Positions 55,406 to 64,000 of a stretch of 64,000 nucleotides of DNA are shown here, piece after piece. The notes beneath the pieces were generated by a model. The model did not search any database. It was not told the origin of the DNA and saw nothing but the letters and a program-made list of their open reading frames with translations. The DNA lies in contig OZ024740.1 of assembly GCA_964016885.1 (NCBI GenBank), positions 368,590,001 to 368,654,000 on the forward strand, in the 5' to 3' direction. Position 1 is the first letter of the stretch, and every line of letters starts with the position of its first letter. The translations under genes and the position numbers were made by a program. Source of the stretch: Eledone cirrhosa. Lineage: Eukaryota.

Positions 55406-56799
55406 AGTCCCCACCCCTATTCATTTAGCCTTCGACCGTCCACCCTTCCCCCACATTCCCCACTAACACCTCTAATACACTTCCCATGTTCACCGCCCCA
55501 CCCCCGTTGCCCAACTCACAATTAACTATACTAACATCCCCACACCTCCCCCTGACACGCACACACCCACCTGAACATATATACACGCACTCACACTATC
55601 CACACACCCTACTACCACCACTAACCCTCACCCACACATCCACTGCCATCACCCCACATCTAACATCACTAACCTCCCTCCGACCCCACGCACACGAAGA
55701 CACACCATCACACACACACACCCACTCCACACACCCAACCACCACTAACCCCGACTTACACACCCGCTTTCCCCAGCATATGTAATACTAACACCGACTA
55801 ACAGCCCCTTTACCACACACATACAAACACGCACACAACAAGTACACTACACTCCCTCCTCCGTCCTCAACACCTCTTCCCTCCCTCCCTCTCTCTATCC
55901 CCTATCTCTCTCTCTCTCTCTAACTCTCCCCCTCCCCTACACCCCTTCACGCACACATCCCACTAACACCTCTACTAATATACACCTCATCTCCCCACTT
56001 CACCACCTTCCCCCTCCACCCTTCACACCTACCCATCCTCTCCCCTGTCCACCGCACCTCCGCACAAACGGACACACACAGTCCTCACCACAATGACCTT
56101 ACTCCACATGTCATCCAGCTCTACTGCTATCTCTTCACCTTGCCTTGACCCTCGGACCACTTCCTGTTACGCGCGCACCCCACTTCCCTCCACTTCCGAC
56201 CACCACCAGCATTGGATTCTACACCACCGGGAATCTCTCCAGCCATCCACTCCATAACATAACAAATATCCAGCACTCTTCTCACACTCGATGGAACTAC
56301 CTCAGGAACTTACCCACGAACATACACTCACATATTTTTTCGCACCACGCCACCGACATTCACACCACATATAAACACAAACACAAACGTGCGTACCCCC
56401 ACATATACACATTCAACCTCCGGAATACACACGCCACCTCCACCACCCCTTGACCCCCTCCTGCCACACGCACGCACACGCCGACTTACACCCCAGCCCA
56501 CGCACACACCTTTTCCTGAACATGGAACCTCGTGCTTCCTCTCACATACACGCACACTCACATACACCTACACACATACACAAACACCACCTTCAGCATT
56601 CCCCGCCTCGAACCCCCGCCTCCTCAGCCAACTCCACCCGCCACCACCCTTACACGCCTCACACCCTTCCAACACTTGTTCATCTTATTGTTCATTCTTA
56701 TGTTTATTTTTACGTTTATTTTTATTTTTATTTTTCTCCTCCCCCCTTTTTTCTAAATGTATTTCCCCACACCCTCGGAACACTCTTCCTAACCTATTT

Positions 56800-56833
56800 A
56801 TCCTGAAGAAGGGCTTATGACTGAAACGTCGTG
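56800..56833 (+). ncRNA. Degenerate minimal hammerhead of the Neptune pLTR
   Basis: c CTGAAGA agggcttatgact GAAA cg TC g; stems I and II are weak. Confidence 0.5.
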
Positions 56834-56939
56834 CCCCACCCCACACTCTCAAGAGCGTGAACCTAATCAACCTTTATTCGTACGCCTCTCTGTTTTGTTC
56901 CAGTCTAAATTTGCACTATATATACATACACGCACACAC

Positions 56940-57072
<133 letters not shown>

Positions 57073-58099
57073 AACTTAATAACTCTCAATTTATGTATAA
57101 TCTATTTCCCCTTCTCTTTCTATCTCCCTAACAGTATGTCTCTATATCGCCGAAAGACCTCACAAAGAATCAGCATGACGTCGAGGAGACAGGCCGTCGA
57201 ATATAATTTACACAGCTGAAAATTGAAATGAATATAAACGCTGAGTTTGTAAATCTAACATTAATAATCTGATTACAACTATTTAAATGTTCATACATAT
57301 TGAACAGGTAGTACGAATGCATCGAAATTTAACACTCTACTTGCGCGTATATATTAAGATTACATCGAGAGGCGTTCATGCAATGAGGAGTATGTATATG
57401 TACAGACATTTATCGATGTGTAACTTCTATTTTAAGAGTTCACCATTTTTTTAGAAATATATTATTTTGCTGCAGTTTCGTTGTATCGCAATAGTTAGCG
57501 TGGGGAAAATATCTAGTGTAATTAAGATAATGTATAACATAATCAATGCATTGTCCAATATGGCAGCATTTAGTCCCACCCTACTTTAAGTTATATTTAT
57601 GAATCATGTTGCCTATTATTCTTGTGAGATCTATGAAATAAGTGTCAGTAAACAACTGGTGATGATTTGCACCTTGCTCATTGCCTCCAAAGGTCTGTAC
57701 ATGTCAAATTCGTTAAATCATGTGTTATGTGAGATTGTACTCCTAGTATCGTTCCATAGAATTATGATATGTGATATATCCAAGTTTTTAACATAATTTC
57801 ACACAGCTTCAAAATAACATATGATACAAAGAAAAGAAAACGGAAAAATAATCTGCAAAAAAATGATTAACTTACATATCCATGTTCACTTGTGTCCTCA
57901 AACAAAGTCCCAACACGGGACCATTGGAAACGTTTCAAAAGGGCAAGTCTGGCTGGATTAAAGCGCATATGATAACTGAAAAATAGAAATCCATGTATAT
58001 GAAGTAAGTAACAATATTTACACATTTATCATTAAACATATATGTAAGTAAAAGTGCATATTCATATGTTGCAAGTATAGAAAATGCTCTTTCATCTGA

Positions 58100-59145
<1,046 letters not shown>

Positions 59146-59146
<1 letters not shown>

Positions 59147-59213
59147 TTAAAATAACAGATTCAAGTTTAAGAAAAGAATAGCTGCTTTCACCGTTAACGG
59201 GATCTTCTGAAAC
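59146..59213 (-). mobile_element. 68-bp family D pLTR fragment consisting mostly of the variant hammerhead
   Basis: Matches 8543-8609; core CAGAAGA retained; (TA)n on both sides. Confidence 0.75.
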
Positions 59214-59233
59214 ATATATATATATATATATTT

Positions 59234-59460
59234 AATAAGAAAATGCGAAGTAGTTTCAGATGTTAAAGTCCTTTATTGATAACAGCATTATCAATGAAGG
59301 ACTTTAACATCTGTAACTACTTCGCGTTTTCTTATTCTAAATATACTCCGTTATTCCTGTCTGGAAAAGTTAGTTCCACAACAGCTAATAAACCATTTTC
59401 AAAGACGCGTGTTTCACCTTGCGAATTTTTAAATTATTGAATGACACTAAGTAACAGGTA
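59234..59460. mobile_element. Mini fold-back element between (TA)n tracts
   Basis: 49-bp arms 59234-59282 and 59288-59336; the right arm extends to the (TA)n at 59462. Confidence 0.6.
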
Positions 59461-59529
<69 letters not shown>

Positions 59530-60540
59530 AGGGGCGAGAGACTCCTAGTCTTCATTAAGACATCTTTCTAGGAGAAAGTTACTCTCAGATAAACCTTGCG
59601 ACTTCGTTTGCATCCAATGATGTTGAACAGTTCTTCATTTTGGGCAAATGCATTCGATGTTTAGTCAGCTGGATTGGTTCCTTGCAAAGCGTTTCCTCGT
59701 TTAAAAAAGCTTCAAGCACAGGCATCGTTTGACATGCGACATTTTCTGTGGTGCATATTTTTGATGGTCATAGGCAAGTCCCTAACAGCACTAAAAAGTA
59801 ATGTCGGTGATGCTCATGCTTAATTATCAAGCGATGGTATTACTCGAAATTGGGTGGCAGCCATCATATATATATACATATGTACATATGTCTGTGCACC
59901 GTATATTTGTGCGAGTGTGTGAGGGTAAAATTAATATCTGTGTGTGAATCTTGTGACAATGACTGCGACTTTGTGCCGTTAATATCGTCTTCTCTGAAAA
60001 GAAGGATTTGATATCGGTGAGGATATTGTGATAGGTAGTGGAATAAATATCTCTAAGTAGCATGTAGTATCACCAAGTGGAATCAGCTCATATCAATAAT
60101 AATTAATATCTAATTCTATAATCAGTCTACATGTCCCCCATTCACTCATAATTCCTGTAACTGTTATGTAAAGCCAGAAATGGAATCATACAAAATATAT
60201 GCGTGACGCCTGCTTCGGATATTAACAAGATATGTTACCTCCTATAGTTTAACATCTGGTCAATTTTCGAAGTTTACAATGTGTGCTCAATCATAGCATC
60301 TTTAACTTTAATGGAAGAATTGATGCCGCTTGGTGACATATAAACATATTTGTATTTATGAATTCATTACGTTGAATTCGATACGTTTGTATGGAAATGG
60401 CAAACGGATTATGAGGGCAAGGCTTTGTAGGTGTAAACACTGATCCATTCTGGATCATTTTTCTGTAACATGATCTAGTGTCTACAGACTTGAATCAGAA
60501 ATATCAATGCTCTAAAACAGACATTTAAACCTGTTTGTGA

Positions 60541-60586
<46 letters not shown>

Positions 60587-61369
60587 AGAGAAAAAGTGTG
60601 TAAATATCTGTGCGAGTGTGGCAACGAATAAGGAGGTCTTATTTTAAATATGTATGTGATTAAAATATCCGACAACACAGATATCGTAAAATAATTATAT
60701 TAATGCGACGAACATCGGCAATGTATTGCTTACTCTATTATTGGAAGAATGCATGTAACGCTAGTTAGGGGCTAAAGAGTTAACTGTGTAGCTACTATCC
60801 TCTCATAATAGAATAATCAATCTAATCCATTGTTTTATTTTTTTGGTGAGTAAACATTAAGAATGTTGCCAACGCAAGAAAAATCAACATCAAGAATGAT
60901 TATGATTTCTCTTGCGTTGGCAACACTCAATATACTAATGCAATCTAATTCAATACATCACAATCCCGTTATACTATTCCTCAGATCATGTCATAATTTC
61001 CCAAATCTAAATGTATACTAGGAGAGTGAAATGTTTTTCGTATCATCATAACAGAAATATTGCGCTCATAATTGTAAGGGAAGCCAACATCGAGCAATAT
61101 TTATATCAACACTCAATCTCAATTTTTCATTTTGAAATATTATTATAGAATAAGAGGTGATAATTGCTTGAAGTTTTGTGGAATATAAAATTGAAAAGCG
61201 GGTATGTATGTTTTGAAATTGAAAATGCAACTGGAATCTTTTAAAAATCTGTATTTCTTTACTTTATCGGTTTCAGAGTTTTCAAAAGTTTTCACGTGAT
61301 TTTGAAAAGTAAAATTTTGATGGAGGGTTTGTCTTTCTGTTGTGTGTTGTGATTTGTCTCACTCACACA

Positions 61370-62135
<766 letters not shown>

Positions 62136-62337
62136 AGGGGAGAGATAGTATAGAATAGAATAGAATAGAAATTAGGATTTAGCTTCGGGCATACCTGTTT
62201 ACAGATATGTATAGATATTCCGTATTTGTAATGAAATACGGTATTCTTACAGGTAAATATTTAGCTATGCAAAAAACACCGGAGCTAACGCCCTCTAGTG
62301 ATGTCCTGCAGACGCAGGGAGGGTGGGGGGAATCATC

Positions 62338-62380
<43 letters not shown>

Positions 62381-62674
62381 CGATATTTCGTTTCTGAATT
62401 GACCCTCCCAAAGTATAATATTATATATATGTATATATAAGTATGACCCCGACAGCAGAGCTCAAGCCGTTTCGACGGCTATTTCTGGACTATATATATA
62501 AATATATATATGCATGCGTGAAGGCACATGGCATTCTGGTTACAGCAACAGTCTTACAAATGTGAGGTTGTGACCAAGATATTTTATTCCATGTTACTCC
62601 AGTTCACGCAGCTATAGAAGTGATTTGCGAACTGGGGTCTTTAACTTATATATATATATATATATATACATATA

Positions 62675-63949
62675 TCTCTCTATATATAAAATGATTTGCC
62701 TATCTGTCTATCTGTCTACCTATCTGTTCCTATGCATTCTCAAACGCCTCGACTAAATCAAATAAAATGTTATAAGGTATTAGACACCGGGAGTGTCAAT
62801 ATGTAAATTTTATTTTCATTTGGATTAAAACAATATAGTATTTTATGTAAAATATTCTTTCTAAAGTTGTCAACTATAGTAAACCTCGACGACGTATGTG
62901 GTTGTGTATGTGTCTGTAAGCGTGTGTGTGTTTGCGAGTTCGTTTCGTACGTTAGACCTCAGAGAATTAAACACACACATACATATAGCCTTAGTAGGTT
63001 GCATACACATTATCTTCACACACAGATAATTAGACACACACACATAAACACATACATATGTGGTGACAGACAAATAACAGGTGTGCGTGAATGTATGTTT
63101 GTTTGTGTCTGTCTTAGTATCTGTATGTGTGAGTGTATGTGTGTGCGTATATGTGTGTGTGAGTGTATGTCTGTGCGAATGTATGTGTATCCCGCCGAGG
63201 TTAACTTTGCCTTTCCTCCTTACGGGGTCGAAAACATAAAGTACCAGTAATGCACTGGGTATTTGCTGGCTTTGTGCCAAAAGTAGAAACAATTATTTTA
63301 ACGTTAGGCCTCACAGAATTAAACACACACATCTACACATATATATACTTATATGGTGACAGAGAAGTAGTAGATGTACGTGAGTGTATGTGTGAGTGTA
63401 TGCGGGGGTGTATGTGAGTGTGAGTATGTGTGTGTGAGTGTGTGTCTGTTAATTTGTATTTTCATTTAGATTAAAACAATAGAGAACAACACAATGACGT
63501 CACATTTTGTATATGAATATATGTGTCTGTGAGTGTGTGTGTGCGAGTTTATTAGGTACCTTATTAAATACACACATACATACTTGAAACTGACACTAAA
63601 TGATGTGGAAATCTAATCGTGTGTCTGCGTTAATGTATGTCTGTTTGTGTATGTCTTAGTATATGTATGTGAGTGTATGTCAGAGTGTATGTGTATGAGT
63701 GTGTAGCAACAATTTATTCAATTTTACACCAACGAAAATTACACAATGAGTTTTGTTTACATTAAGGTGCTTCAAGATTGACAGATTTTCATTTCTATAT
63801 TCTATTATCGGTACAATTTTGATATTTCTTTTAATAAAATATAGTTATTTTGGAATAACTATGAGAAAAAGCAACAACATATCCTCATATTTATTGTTTA
63901 CTAATCTGAATAAGAAGCACAGTGACACGAGCAAAGCCGTGTAACTCAG
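62675..63949 (+). mobile_element. Possible non-autonomous Helitron with internal tandem repeats
   Basis: TCTATATATAAAA start followed by (TCTG/TCTA)n, internal duplications (62951/63303, 62811/63457), terminal hairpin ACACG-AGCAAAGC-CGTGT; no exact CTAG end. Confidence 0.4.
63189..63296 (+). mobile_element. 5'-truncated OK-like SINE
   Basis: 3' half of the family core. Confidence 0.82.
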
Positions 63950-64000
63950 TGCTTTATGCGAGCGAGTCCTGGAAGAATACGGCAAAAATAATGAAACGAC

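Larger units (their letters stand above)
53380..56916 (+). mobile_element. Neptune-type Penelope-like element, 5'-truncated, with 1.5-kb C/A-rich 3' UTR
   Basis: Coding part 53400-55405, HHR remnant at 56800, terminus in (TA)n; sharply GC-rich relative to the flanks. Confidence 0.85.

Overview
This is AT-rich eukaryotic DNA dense in microsatellites, with no recognisable host gene. The tRNA-derived SINEs resemble octopod OK/OR families, so it is probably an octopus-like cephalopod; that is from recollection, not a database match. Most long ORFs in the track are (TA)n/(CA)n artefacts. The real content is a nested transposon landscape. (i) At least four coding families of Naiad-type Penelope-like elements (PLEs: RT with YRDD, CNC..CP..C linker, C-terminal GIY-YIG), labelled A, B, D and E here, including a near-intact 664-aa ORF at 17350-19344 and a full-length decayed copy at 12522-14598. 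Several non-coding relatives are also present, nearly all in (TA)n as head-to-head fold-backs. (ii) About 20 type I hammerhead ribozyme (HHR) motifs in their pseudo-LTRs (pLTRs). (iii) A GC-rich Neptune-type PLE. (iv) A (TAA)n-linked cluster of R4/Dong elements, SINEs and a Helitron. The best leads are four. First, a bulged stem-loop (TACTC-stem-NN-GAGTR) shared with covariation by otherwise unalignable pLTRs, lying 21 nt before the ATG in both complete 5' ends. Second, a 717-nt GT-AG intron in the family-D pLTR that is present in one copy and precisely absent from two others. Third, a hammerhead variant with a CAGAAGA core. Fourth, a 312-nt tandem retrozyme-like unit. All coordinates and structures were read by eye and may be off by a few bases.
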